This document shows positions 1-9,132 of a stretch of 64,000 bases of DNA, piece by piece; position 1 is the first letter of the stretch, and every line of letters begins with the position of its first letter. The stretch lies in the NCBI GenBank assembly GCA_037481815.1, contig JBBFKX010000002.1:64001-128000 (forward strand), given 5' to 3'. Source of the DNA: a candidate division WOR-3 bacterium (GTDB taxonomy: Bacteria > Hydrothermota > 32-111). Below the pieces are notes generated by a model. That model ran no database searches, was not told the origin of the DNA, and saw nothing but the letters and a program-made list of their open reading frames with translations. The position numbers and the translations under genes are program-made.

Positions 1-266
1 CTGGATTGAACCATTTCTATGTGGTTATTTATAACAGTTTGTCTTGGATTTAGATCCCTTATAGGTAAAAATGAAAGTCCTTTATCACTTGTTTCAATTA
101 GTATCAGTGAAGTAGATTGATAGGTTGGTTTTGTAATTTTCGTTATCAAAAAAACAAGAACGATCACAATAAAAAATGTTGTTAAAAACAAAATTTTATT
201 CTCGAGTAAAAGAAAAAAATATGTCTTTAACTCTTTTCCTTCCTCTTCTATAACCCTCTCCGGCAT
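1..266 (-). CDS. Wzz/Wzc (GumC-like) polysaccharide chain-length regulator, N-terminal part; runs off the window start
   Basis: Own translation from ATG 266 with GGAG SD: MPERVIEEEGKELKTYFFLLLENKILFLTTFFIVIVLVFLITKITKPTYQSTSLILIE...NNHIEMVQS. This gives a TM followed by the PxYxSxxxI and N..IE...S patterns of Wzz N-termini. It follows a nucleotide-sugar dehydrogenase. Confidence 0.8.
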   Translation of the reverse strand, partial: MPERVIEEEGKELKTYFFLLLENKILFLTTFFIVIVLVFLITKITKPTYQSTSLILIETSDKGLSFLPIRDLNPRQTVINNHIEMVQS

Positions 267-275
267 AAAAACTCC

Positions 276-1583
276 TTAAAGTTTAATGATATTCTTGCTC
301 TTAACCTTTTTAAAACCATTTCTCGTATCAAATATGATCTTTGCATTTTTTGCAACCATTTCATAATCAAAAGAAGAGTGGTCTGTCAGAAGAATAACAC
401 AATCAAATTTTCTTATTTCATTCTCTTTAATACTCTTTAAAACTTTTACCTTCTTATGTTCACCCTTTTCGTCTATAAAACTGTTAACCATTGGATCATA
501 AACCGTTACCAAAGCTCCCATCTCTTTCAACAGATGGTATACCTCAAGAGCAGGCGATTCTCTTAGGTCATCAATATCTTTTTTATAAGTTATCCCCATC
601 AACAAAATTTTTGAACCATTTAGTGTTTTTTTATATTTATTTAAAATCTCTGTAACCTTATTCAAAACAAATCTCGGCATGTTTGAATTTACATCTGAAG
701 CAAGTTCAATAAATCTGTTGTAGTAATCATACATCTTTGCTTTCCAGGAAAGATACATAGGATCGAGAGGTATACAATGACCACCGATTCCAGGTCCTGG
801 ATAAAATGGCATAAAACCAAAAGGTTTTGAAGATGCTGCCTCTATTACATTCCAGATATCTATTCCCATCCTATGACACATGATTGCAAGTTCGTTTACA
901 AGTCCTATATTCACTGCTCTGAACGTATTTTCCAGTAATTTCACCATTTCAGCTTCCTCAGGGGAATTAACCGTTATCACCTTCTCTATAACCTGTTCAT
1001 ACAACATTTTTGTGATCAGTGTATCTTTATCAGTTATTCCTCCAACAACTTTTGGAGTATTTTTTGTATTGTATCTGGGATTACCTGGATCAACCCTTTC
1101 TGGAGAAAATGCAACAAAAAAATCTTTTCCCACTTTATAACCAAAATTTGAAACTCTTTCAGCAATAAGTTCTCTTGTAGTTCCTGGGTAGGTAGTAGAT
1201 TCCAGAACTATAAGCATATCTTTATGAAGATATTTAACTATCTCATCCATTGCACCGGTGATATATGATACATCTGGATCTTTACTTTTTTGAAGTGGAG
1301 TCGGAACGGCTATCAAAACACAATCAGATTTTTTTACAACAGAATAATCGGTAGTGGGTAAAAATCTTTTGTTAACAACATCTTTAACATCTTTATTATC
1401 AACATCAAGAATATACGACTCGCCCTTTTTTAAAAGTTCAACTTTCTCTCTCAATAGATCTATTCCATAAACAAAAAAACCTGCTTTTGCGAATTCAACA
1501 GCAAGCGGTAAACCAACATAACCAAGACCAACTACCGAGATTACAGATTTTTTATCTTTAACCTTTTGAAGTAGAACACTCAT
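276..1583 (-). CDS. Nucleotide-sugar dehydrogenase (UDP-GlcNAc 6-dehydrogenase, WbpA/WecC family)
   Basis: GLGYVG Rossmann motif, ESTTYPGTT, FSPERVDPG, catalytic GGHCIPLDP, DDLRESP. Confidence 0.92.
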   Translation of the reverse strand: MSVLLQKVKDKKSVISVVGLGYVGLPLAVEFAKAGFFVYGIDLLREKVELLKKGESYILDVDNKDVKDVVNKRFLPTTDYSVVKKSDCVLIAVPTPLQKSKDPDVSYITGAMDEIVKYLHKDMLIVLESTTYPGTTRELIAERVSNFGYKVGKDFFVAFSPERVDPGNPRYNTKNTPKVVGGITDKDTLITKMLYEQVIEKVITVNSPEEAEMVKLLENTFRAVNIGLVNELAIMCHRMGIDIWNVIEAASSKPFGFMPFYPGPGIGGHCIPLDPMYLSWKAKMYDYYNRFIELASDVNSNMPRFVLNKVTEILNKYKKTLNGSKILLMGITYKKDIDDLRESPALEVYHLLKEMGALVTVYDPMVNSFIDEKGEHKKVKVLKSIKENEIRKFDCVILLTDHSSFDYEMVAKNAKIIFDTRNGFKKVKSKNIIKL

Positions 1584-1599
1584 GAAAATCCTCCTTTAT

Positions 1600-2214
1600 T
1601 TATATTACAAGTAAAGATATTATATAATCCAAATACTCATCTATGTCAATAGAATTAACTCTTTCCATCTGGTAAGGCTCAAAATCTACTGGAATCTTTC
1701 TATTCTTTAAAAAATCTTTTACATTAAATATATAAAATGCACCGTTCTGCCTATATATATTTTTGTAAGGAATTAGAATTAAACCATCTTCCGATGAAAA
1801 GAACATGTGTTCTTTGTTTTCAATTTTTTCTACAGAGATTACAGTTTTTTTCTTTTCTGAAAACAAAAATAGAGCTTCTTTTAAATCATTTTTGCTTCTC
1901 AAAGGTGATGTCGGTTGAAGTAAAATTATAACATCATCATTTTTCATTTTATATTTTTTGATCATATATAAAATCAATAGATCCATAGTAGTAGTCGCTT
2001 TTGCGAGTCGTTTAGGCCTTAAATCAAAAACGACTTTTGAATGCATTAAAGAGCCCATCCTTTTGTCTGAAGAAACTATAATTTTATCAAAAATTTCAGA
2101 TTCAATGGCAAAATCTAAGGTTATTTCAAAAAGAGTTTTTCCTGAAATCCTCACAAAATTTTTATTTTTAACCCTTCTGCTTTCACTTTTAGCAGGTATT
2201 AAAGCGTAAATCAT
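1600..2214 (-). CDS. Acylneuraminate cytidylyltransferase family protein (NeuA/PseF-like)
   Basis: ALIPAKSESRRVKNKN, LLQPTSPLR, QNGAFYI and SIDIDE motifs. Confidence 0.85.
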   Translation of the reverse strand: MIYALIPAKSESRRVKNKNFVRISGKTLFEITLDFAIESEIFDKIIVSSDKRMGSLMHSKVVFDLRPKRLAKATTTMDLLILYMIKKYKMKNDDVIILLQPTSPLRSKNDLKEALFLFSEKKKTVISVEKIENKEHMFFSSEDGLILIPYKNIYRQNGAFYIFNVKDFLKNRKIPVDFEPYQMERVNSIDIDEYLDYIISLLVI

Positions 2215-2216
2215 TT

Positions 2217-5200
2217 TTATCCAAAGAATATATCTCCAAAAGTTTCCTTTTCAATTTTTTCATCTCTTTTTTCTAACTCTTGATTTTTTTCTTCAAACCA
2301 TCTTTCTAAAGACACTCTTTCCATCTTTTCTTTTTCCATATCCTCTTTTTCTTTCTTAGAGATATCCGGTATTCTATGTTCTTCAGTCTTTCTTTCCCCA
2401 GAAATTTCATGTTGCATCTTTTCCTGTAAGGTCTCACTCATCCTATCCTTTTCCTCATTCAATTTTTTAATCTCTTCTTCAAGATTTTTGATCACATTAT
2501 CTTTTTGTTCATAATCAACTTTCTTTGAAGAAACTTCATGTTTTAACCTGTTATTTTCCTTAATGAGATTTTCGATCTTCATTTTTAAATCTTTTATGGT
2601 TTCATCCTTTTTATTGATTTCGACAGATAGATCCTTTTGGTATAGAGATTCATTATCTTTTGCAAGTTCTATTTTTTCATGTAAGATCTTCAACTGCTGC
2701 TTTTTTTCTTCAATCTCATTCAAAGTCTTTTCTTTTTCCAAATCATATTTTTCTTTTTCAACTTTTGAGATTTCAACTTCTTTCTTAATCTGTTCATACA
2801 TACCTTTCATCTTTTCGATTTCATTTTTTATCTGCTCATACTGTTTTTGCATCTGTTTTTCTATTCCAGCAATTTTGATCATCTTTTGTGTTGTTTCGGT
2901 AAACTCTTTTTTAAGATTCTCAGTTTTTACTTGAAGATCAATATATTCCTGCTGAAGAGATTGCCTGCTTTCCGTTATTTTAGCGATTTCTGACTTTTTA
3001 CCATTTATTTCCTCATTTATTGTAAAGAGCTCTTTTCTCATATTCAAAAGAAGTTTTTCTTTTTCAGCCAGTTCCATCTCAATGTTCTTTTTGATATTTT
3101 CAATTTTTTCAAGACCTAAAACGGCAGCCAGTTTTCTTTCCTGATTTTTTCTTAAAATTATTATTTCGTCCAACTTATTCTTTATCTTTAATAGTTGATT
3201 TAAACTCATCTTGGTTTCTATTATTTGCGGAGAATCTCCTTCAACCGGTTTGAATTCTCTTATATTTGGAAAATCTGTTTCAATCTTTTGAATCTTTTCT
3301 TCAAGTTCACCAAGATCGATTCTCTTTTCATTTATAGTTGTGTTCAGTCTTATTTCTTCTTTCTTCAAAGATTCTATTTCATTTTCAAGAGATTCCTTTT
3401 GTAACTGAAGATCTTCGATATCCATCATCGACATTTTAAGCGTGTTCTGTATCTCTTCAAGTTTTTCATTTTCCTGTTTTATCCTATTTCCTATCTCTTT
3501 TGATTCTTTTTCCTTTTCAAGCAACCATCTGGTTATCTCATCCTTATCATTTTTTAAAGAAACGAGTTCGTTGTTAAGTTCTATGATCTCTTCATCGATC
3601 CGATTCTTCTCTTTTTCAAGATCTTCTATAACACCTGATGTCTCTTTGATTCTTTTTTGAAAATTATTTTCAAATTCATTGAGTTCTCTCTTCTTTTCTT
3701 CTATAATCTTTTCCAGATTCTCCTTTTCTTTTAAAACCTGCTCAGTTTCTTTTTTTGAAAGTTGAAGTCTGTTTTCATTTTCATCGAGCAATTCTTTCAA
3801 TTCTTTTTCTTTTATCTGGCATTCTTTTTCCTTTTGACTTAACTCTTGTTCGAACTCCAGCAGTACCTTTTTCAACTCTTCTATTTTCAAATTTTTTGCT
3901 TCGATTTCTCTATCCAGTTCATTTTTTTGATTATTTATTTTTTCGAGTTCGAGTAAAAGTTGTTTTCTCTCCTGTTCCTTTCCGTTGAAATTTTCAAGTA
4001 TCATTTCAGCATTAACTTTTAGCTGCTCAAGTTCCTGCTTATCCTCTTCTATCTGTGAAGTTAGTTTTTCTTTCTCTTTCCTCAATTTTAACACTTCATC
4101 AAAAATATTTTCCTTTTCTCTTTTTAACTCCTCTATTTCTCCAGCAAGTCCTTTTTTCTGTTTTTCAAACTCGTTCATCTCGTTCCTTATTTCAGTATAT
4201 CTATCTGAAAAACCTGAATACTCCCTCATCAATTCATCCAGTTTTTTCTCTTCCTTTTTGATGGAATTCACAAGTTGGAGTAGTTCTCCATTTTTTGCCT
4301 TTATTTCCTTTTCAAGGGTATCTTTTCGTTTTTCATCATTTTTTATTATTCCTGAAAGTTCATTGAAGTATGATTCTTTAGTTTTTATTTCTTTTTCCTT
4401 TTCATTAAGTTTTTCAGTCAAAATGTTATATTCCAAATCTAATTTTTTGAGCGTTTGGCTTTTTTCATCGATTTCATCTTCTATTTTTTTAATATTGTTT
4501 TTCAATCGCTCTTCAGTTTTTTCAAGATCATCTATAACCTTTCTTGTTTTTTGATTTTCTTCTTTTAAATCATCTCTTTCTTTTTCGTATTGTTTTATGG
4601 TCCTTTTCAAATCGTTTATCTTTTCTGTCAATTCGAGTTCATCACCAAGAGAAACTCCCATGCCGGATTCGATTTTTTCGAGATATTTTTTCTTATCATT
4701 TATCTTTTGTTCTAAAAGATTTAAACTGTTTTCATCCTCTTCAAATTTTTTCTTTAAACTTGAATATCTTTTTTCAAGATTTTTTAATTGCTCGGTTTTC
4801 TCCTTTTCCTCTTCTTTCAAAGATTCAAGATTTTTGCTGACCTTTTCAAAAGCAGTTTTGTTCTCTTCTAGTTCTCGTCTTAAAATTTCATTTTTCCTTT
4901 CTTCCTCTTCATTTTCCTTTCGTAGTTCAGAGAGTTTCTTCTCTTCCAGATCATATTTCGCTTTCAACTCTTCAAAGTCCTGTAATGTACCATTTTTTTC
5001 TTTTCTTATATTTTCAAGTTCTTTTAATATTTTTTCCTTTTCTCTCTTTCTTTCCTCAATATCTATTTCAAGATTAGTTATCTCCATTTCAATTGATTCT
5101 TTCTTTTTATTCAAATCATCAACTGTTTTCTCTTTTTCCTTCGTTAACCTTTCGATCTCTTTTTTTAATTCATCTAATCTTTTTTCCCTTTCATTTATTT

Positions 5201-6149
5201 CTTTTGTTAAATTTTTTAAAAGTGTTGTTTGTTCATCGATTTTTTTTCTAAGTTCTTTTTCTTCTATTGACTTCTTCATAAGGTTGGAAACTATCCTGTT
5301 TAACTCCTCATTCTTCTGAATGATTTCCCTTTCCAATTTTTCAAAATCAACTCTTCCTTCAATATCTTTTGATTTTATATGCTCAACGGTTTCAACTGTT
5401 TCGTTTATTTCCTCTCTATTTTCCTCTTTTATCTGTTCTTTCAATTCTTGTTCGACATAGTTTTTTTCTTCTAAAAACTCTTCTTTTATATTCTCTTTCT
5501 CTATTTCTTCTTCTTTTTTCTCGCTTTCAACTTCAAGATCAGTGATATCTATTTCCTGCAGTTTTTCAACAAGGTCCTTGGCAACATTCTCTTCATTTTT
5601 TTTATCAAGATCTATCTCGTTGATATATTCTGTTCTATACCCTGTTTCCTCTGATGATAATTCCTCTTTTAGATTGTCTATAGGAATGGTTTCTTTTTTC
5701 TGTTCGTCAGAAATTATTTCTTCTTTCTTTTCAGGTTCTTCAATTTTTTCAAATGTTTCATCCTTCTGTAAGAAACTCTCTTTTTCATCTGTTTCTATTT
5801 TTTCTTCCACTGTTTCAATTTTTTCAAACACATCAAGAAGATCTCCTATACTTTCCTCATGGGGGGGCTCCATAATGGTTTCATCTTTGGTTGAATCAAC
5901 CTTTTGTTCTGTAACAACAGTTTCTGAATCAAAAGTATCAAGAATATCTGAAAGATCAGAAACTATATCTTCTGTTATATTCTTATCATCTTCAAGGGAT
6001 TCTTCTTTCGTTTCTTCATTCTTACTAATTTCTTTTGATGCTACTTTTATACCTTTTTTCTTTTTTAAAACTACTTTTTTTTGTTCTTCACTCTTTTTTA
6101 TTTCATTTTCATCTCTTTCTGATTCATCCTTTTTTCTAAAAAACATCAT
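2217..6149 (-). CDS. Giant Glu/Lys-rich coiled-coil protein of unknown function (1310 aa)
   Basis: Long ORF with a GGGGG SD. Acidic low-complexity N-terminal ~260 aa, then ~1000 aa of heptad repeats. No Walker motifs, signal peptide or TM segment. Confidence 0.85.
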   Translation of the reverse strand: MMFFRKKDESERDENEIKKSEEQKKVVLKKKKGIKVASKEISKNEETKEESLEDDKNITEDIVSDLSDILDTFDSETVVTEQKVDSTKDETIMEPPHEESIGDLLDVFEKIETVEEKIETDEKESFLQKDETFEKIEEPEKKEEIISDEQKKETIPIDNLKEELSSEETGYRTEYINEIDLDKKNEENVAKDLVEKLQEIDITDLEVESEKKEEEIEKENIKEEFLEEKNYVEQELKEQIKEENREEINETVETVEHIKSKDIEGRVDFEKLEREIIQKNEELNRIVSNLMKKSIEEKELRKKIDEQTTLLKNLTKEINEREKRLDELKKEIERLTKEKEKTVDDLNKKKESIEMEITNLEIDIEERKREKEKILKELENIRKEKNGTLQDFEELKAKYDLEEKKLSELRKENEEEERKNEILRRELEENKTAFEKVSKNLESLKEEEKEKTEQLKNLEKRYSSLKKKFEEDENSLNLLEQKINDKKKYLEKIESGMGVSLGDELELTEKINDLKRTIKQYEKERDDLKEENQKTRKVIDDLEKTEERLKNNIKKIEDEIDEKSQTLKKLDLEYNILTEKLNEKEKEIKTKESYFNELSGIIKNDEKRKDTLEKEIKAKNGELLQLVNSIKKEEKKLDELMREYSGFSDRYTEIRNEMNEFEKQKKGLAGEIEELKREKENIFDEVLKLRKEKEKLTSQIEEDKQELEQLKVNAEMILENFNGKEQERKQLLLELEKINNQKNELDREIEAKNLKIEELKKVLLEFEQELSQKEKECQIKEKELKELLDENENRLQLSKKETEQVLKEKENLEKIIEEKKRELNEFENNFQKRIKETSGVIEDLEKEKNRIDEEIIELNNELVSLKNDKDEITRWLLEKEKESKEIGNRIKQENEKLEEIQNTLKMSMMDIEDLQLQKESLENEIESLKKEEIRLNTTINEKRIDLGELEEKIQKIETDFPNIREFKPVEGDSPQIIETKMSLNQLLKIKNKLDEIIILRKNQERKLAAVLGLEKIENIKKNIEMELAEKEKLLLNMRKELFTINEEINGKKSEIAKITESRQSLQQEYIDLQVKTENLKKEFTETTQKMIKIAGIEKQMQKQYEQIKNEIEKMKGMYEQIKKEVEISKVEKEKYDLEKEKTLNEIEEKKQQLKILHEKIELAKDNESLYQKDLSVEINKKDETIKDLKMKIENLIKENNRLKHEVSSKKVDYEQKDNVIKNLEEEIKKLNEEKDRMSETLQEKMQHEISGERKTEEHRIPDISKKEKEDMEKEKMERVSLERWFEEKNQELEKRDEKIEKETFGDIFFG

Positions 6150-6157
6150 CCCCCCTT

Positions 6158-7051
6158 TTAACTTCTTGGATGGAATCTATCGTAAATCTTCGTAAGTTGT
6201 TTTTTATTAACATGAGTATATATCTCAGTCGTCATAATGCTTGAGTGTCCCAACATTTCCTGCACACTTCTCAGATCCGCTCCTCCCTCTATCAGATGTG
6301 TTGCAAAAGAATGTCTGAGAATATGAGGGTGCAATCTCTTTTGAATACCCAAATGTTTTACTCTTTTTTTCAAAATGTTCCATACATCCATTCTTGTTAG
6401 TTTTTTCCCTGTTCTGCTCAAAAACAAATATTCACTTTTATATTTTTCAAAAAAACTTCTATAATTCCTCAAATATTCTTGAATACTGTTTAAAGCTATT
6501 CGATTCAAAGGAACAATTCTTTCCTTCATTCTCTTCCCTAAAACCTTTATAAAACCTTCTTCATAAAATACTGATTCGATTTTTAAATTTATAACCTCGG
6601 AAACTCTTAATCCCGCACCATACATGGTCTCCAAAATCGCTTTATCCCTTTTATCAAAAGGATCATCGCTATTTATGGAATTCAATATCAAGGTTGTTTC
6701 TTCAAGTGTTAGATAATCAGGCAAATTTTTTGAAATTTTTGGTGGAGATATATTTTCTGTCGGGTCTTTATCTATGATCTTTTCCCTATAGATAAAACTA
6801 TAAAAATTTTTCAAAGAGGTCAATTTTCTAGAAAGTGTTCTTCCATTTAAACCTAACATCGAGAGTTCCTTTAAAAAAAATTCAATAATGTTTTCATCAG
6901 CTTCAAAAACATCTTTTTTAAAATTTTCACAAAACTGTATATACTGGGCTATATCATTAAGATAAGCGTCGACAGTCAGATCAGAGCATCCCTTTTCAGA
7001 TATAAGAAAATTTTTAAAATCCGATAAAACATTGTTTTTATAAGACATCAA
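6158..7051 (-). CDS. xerD: Tyrosine recombinase XerD
   Basis: YGAGLRVSE, GKRMKERIVP, HPHILRHSFATHL, DLRSVQEMLGH, TTEIYTHV, FHPR. Start is TTG 7051 or ATG 7048. Confidence 0.88.
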   Translation of the reverse strand: MMSYKNNVLSDFKNFLISEKGCSDLTVDAYLNDIAQYIQFCENFKKDVFEADENIIEFFLKELSMLGLNGRTLSRKLTSLKNFYSFIYREKIIDKDPTENISPPKISKNLPDYLTLEETTLILNSINSDDPFDKRDKAILETMYGAGLRVSEVINLKIESVFYEEGFIKVLGKRMKERIVPLNRIALNSIQEYLRNYRSFFEKYKSEYLFLSRTGKKLTRMDVWNILKKRVKHLGIQKRLHPHILRHSFATHLIEGGADLRSVQEMLGHSSIMTTEIYTHVNKKQLTKIYDRFHPRS

Positions 7052-8411
7052 AAGAATCTCCCTTAAATGGTATTATTACATTCTCATACCCATTTTCTTT
7101 TAAAGCATCTTTTAAAGAGTTTATCTGTTTTTCTTCTCCATGAACCAGGTATATTTCTTTTTTAGGGTTTATATTTTTAACATAGTTGATAAGGTCGTTT
7201 CTATCAGCATGTGCTGAATATTCATTCATGATAACAACTTCAGCTTTCAATCTATACTCTTCACCAAAAATTTTTACTTTTTCTTCTTTTTCAACTATTT
7301 TCCTACCAAGTGTATTCGATGCCATAAAACCTGTGATCAAAATTGTATTTGAAGGATTTTCAATATTATTTTTAAGATGATGCAAAATTCTGCCTGCCTC
7401 ACACATACCACTTGCTGAAATGATTATCTTTGATTCTCTCATGCTATTTAACTTCTTTGATTCCTCAACACCCTGAATGTAATATAGTCCATCAAAATTA
7501 AAGGGATCTTTGTTAAAGTTAAAAAGATTCATCATATCACTATCATAACATTCGGGATGTTCCTTGAACACTTTGGTTATATTAACAGTCAAAGGCGAAT
7601 CAACAAAAATGTTCATCCCTAAGTCATAACCTTCTTCTTTTAACATAAAAAGATCATACAAAAGTTCCTGGGTTCTTCCAACAGAAAATGCTGGGACGAT
7701 CAGATTTCCCTTCTTTCTTTTTACACTTTCAATAACTTTCTTTAAATTTTCTCTACTCTCTCTTATATCAGGATGTGTTCTGTCTCCATAGGTTGATTCC
7801 ATAATCAAAAAATCTACATCTTTTATTATATCAGGATTTCTTATGATCGGAAGATGTTTCCTCCCCAGATCACCTGTAAAAAGCATCTTCTGCCCATCCT
7901 TTTCAAAAAGAATTTGAGATGAACCCAAAATGTGTCCTGCATCTAAAAATGTGACTTTAAGATCTTTATCGATTTCCAGTTCAGAGTAATAATTGATCCC
8001 TTTAAAATATTTAAAAGAAAGTTCGACATCTTTTACTGTATAGATAGGTTGTTTATTTTCGGGATTTTTGTTTTTTTTGTTTAAAAATTCTATATCTTTC
8101 TCATGAATATGCGCACTATCAAGAAGCATCGGTTTTAAAAGATCAACCGTTGCATAGGTAGACACGATTTCCGAATCATATCCTTGTTTCACAAGATTGG
8201 GTATGTTTCCAGAATGATCTATGTGAGCGTGGGATAATAAAACCATATTCAAAGATTTTGGATCAAAAGGAAAATTTAAATTTGCAATTTCACTTTCCTT
8301 TCTCCTTCCCTGAAAAAGGCCACATTCAACAAGAATTCTCTTTCGATCAGTTTCGAGAAGGAACTTGGAACCTGTAACCTCTTTTGTTGCACCAAAGAAT
8401 GTAATCTTCAT
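7038..8411 (-). CDS. MBL-fold beta-CASP ribonuclease (TTHA0252/Ysh1-like)
   Basis: EVTGS, SHAHIDHSG, DAGHILGS, ESTYGDR, SGMCEAGRI, SAHAD, VHGE. Confidence 0.92.
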   Translation of the reverse strand: MKITFFGATKEVTGSKFLLETDRKRILVECGLFQGRRKESEIANLNFPFDPKSLNMVLLSHAHIDHSGNIPNLVKQGYDSEIVSTYATVDLLKPMLLDSAHIHEKDIEFLNKKNKNPENKQPIYTVKDVELSFKYFKGINYYSELEIDKDLKVTFLDAGHILGSSQILFEKDGQKMLFTGDLGRKHLPIIRNPDIIKDVDFLIMESTYGDRTHPDIRESRENLKKVIESVKRKKGNLIVPAFSVGRTQELLYDLFMLKEEGYDLGMNIFVDSPLTVNITKVFKEHPECYDSDMMNLFNFNKDPFNFDGLYYIQGVEESKKLNSMRESKIIISASGMCEAGRILHHLKNNIENPSNTILITGFMASNTLGRKIVEKEEKVKIFGEEYRLKAEVVIMNEYSAHADRNDLINYVKNINPKKEIYLVHGEEKQINSLKDALKENGYENVIIPFKGDSFDVL

Positions 8412-8412
8412 T

Positions 8413-9048
8413 TTAAATCCTGATATTAAAATCTTTCAGTACATCACTAAATTTTTTCGCTTCACCAAAAAATCCATGACCTGGAAAAATTTTTGTTTCC
8501 TTATTTATATTTGAAAATATTTTTTTTATCGATCCGATTATACTTTTATAATCACCTCCAAAAAGATCTGTCCTTCCTATTCCCTCTGTAAAAATTAGAT
8601 CACCAGAAATTATATTGTTTCCGATCTTTAAAGTTATTGATCCCGGGGTATGTCCCGGAGTCGAAAGGACATTTATTATTTCTTGATCAAAACAAAACGA
8701 ATAACCTTCATCTAAGATGACTTCGGGTTGTGGAGAGATGTAATTATTTCCAATATAGTAGGACATATTCAATTCAGGGTCCAGTAAAAAATCGTAATCT
8801 TTAACTCCAACACATATTGGTATGTCGAAATAATTCTTCAAATAAAGATTGCCTGAAATATGATCATAATGACCATGAGTGTTCACTATTTTTTCAGGAA
8901 TCAAGCCATTACCTTTTATGTAATCAACCACCATCTTTCCATCAGCAGGATCAATAATAATGGTTTTTTTATCCTTTGATATAAGAAAATAGGTGTTTGT
9001 TTCAAGTTCACCATTTACAAGACAATCTATTTTTAAATTTGATTCCAT
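8413..9048 (-). CDS. MBL-fold metallo-hydrolase (glyoxalase II/YcbL-like)
   Basis: THGHYDH, TPGHTPGS, SGD, GRTDL, PGHG. Confidence 0.9.
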   Translation of the reverse strand: MESNLKIDCLVNGELETNTYFLISKDKKTIIIDPADGKMVVDYIKGNGLIPEKIVNTHGHYDHISGNLYLKNYFDIPICVGVKDYDFLLDPELNMSYYIGNNYISPQPEVILDEGYSFCFDQEIINVLSTPGHTPGSITLKIGNNIISGDLIFTEGIGRTDLFGGDYKSIIGSIKKIFSNINKETKIFPGHGFFGEAKKFSDVLKDFNIRI

Positions 9049-9056
9049 AATTTATA

Positions 9057-9084
9057 AGTTTAACAAAAATTCCCAATAAATCAA
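9057..9084 (-). promoter_or_regulatory. sigma70-like promoter, near-leaderless
   Basis: TTGATT(9084-9079)-16 bp-TAAACT(9062-9057), 8 nt before ATG 9048, no SD. Confidence 0.55.
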
Positions 9085-9098
9085 TATAATATTATATA

Positions 9099-9126
9099 TT
9101 TACTTTTCAAAATTTATTGATAATAT
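9099..9126 (+). promoter_or_regulatory. sigma70-like extended -10 promoter, leaderless
   Basis: TTTACT-16 bp-TAATAT with TG at 9118-9119. 6 nt to ATG 9133, no SD. Confidence 0.55.
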
Positions 9127-9132
9127 TACACT

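Noticed and set aside
2217..6149. SMC/SbcC/RecN or phage tape-measure assignment
   Set aside because: No Walker A/B, signature motif, hinge or CxxC hook, and no phage genes nearby.
2563..6195. Several long plus-strand F/S-rich ORFs
   Set aside because: They are antisense shadows of the Glu/Lys-rich coiled-coil gene (GAA/AAA codons reversed), with no SD or protein-like composition.
6158..7051. Phage or island integrase
   Set aside because: Length and motifs match chromosomal XerD. It is embedded in a coupled housekeeping operon with no att-like repeats seen.
9084..9097. ATATAATATTATAT palindrome as a dif site or operator
   Set aside because: It is AT-only and expected by chance at this composition, and lacks the TTATGTTAAA-type XerD arm.
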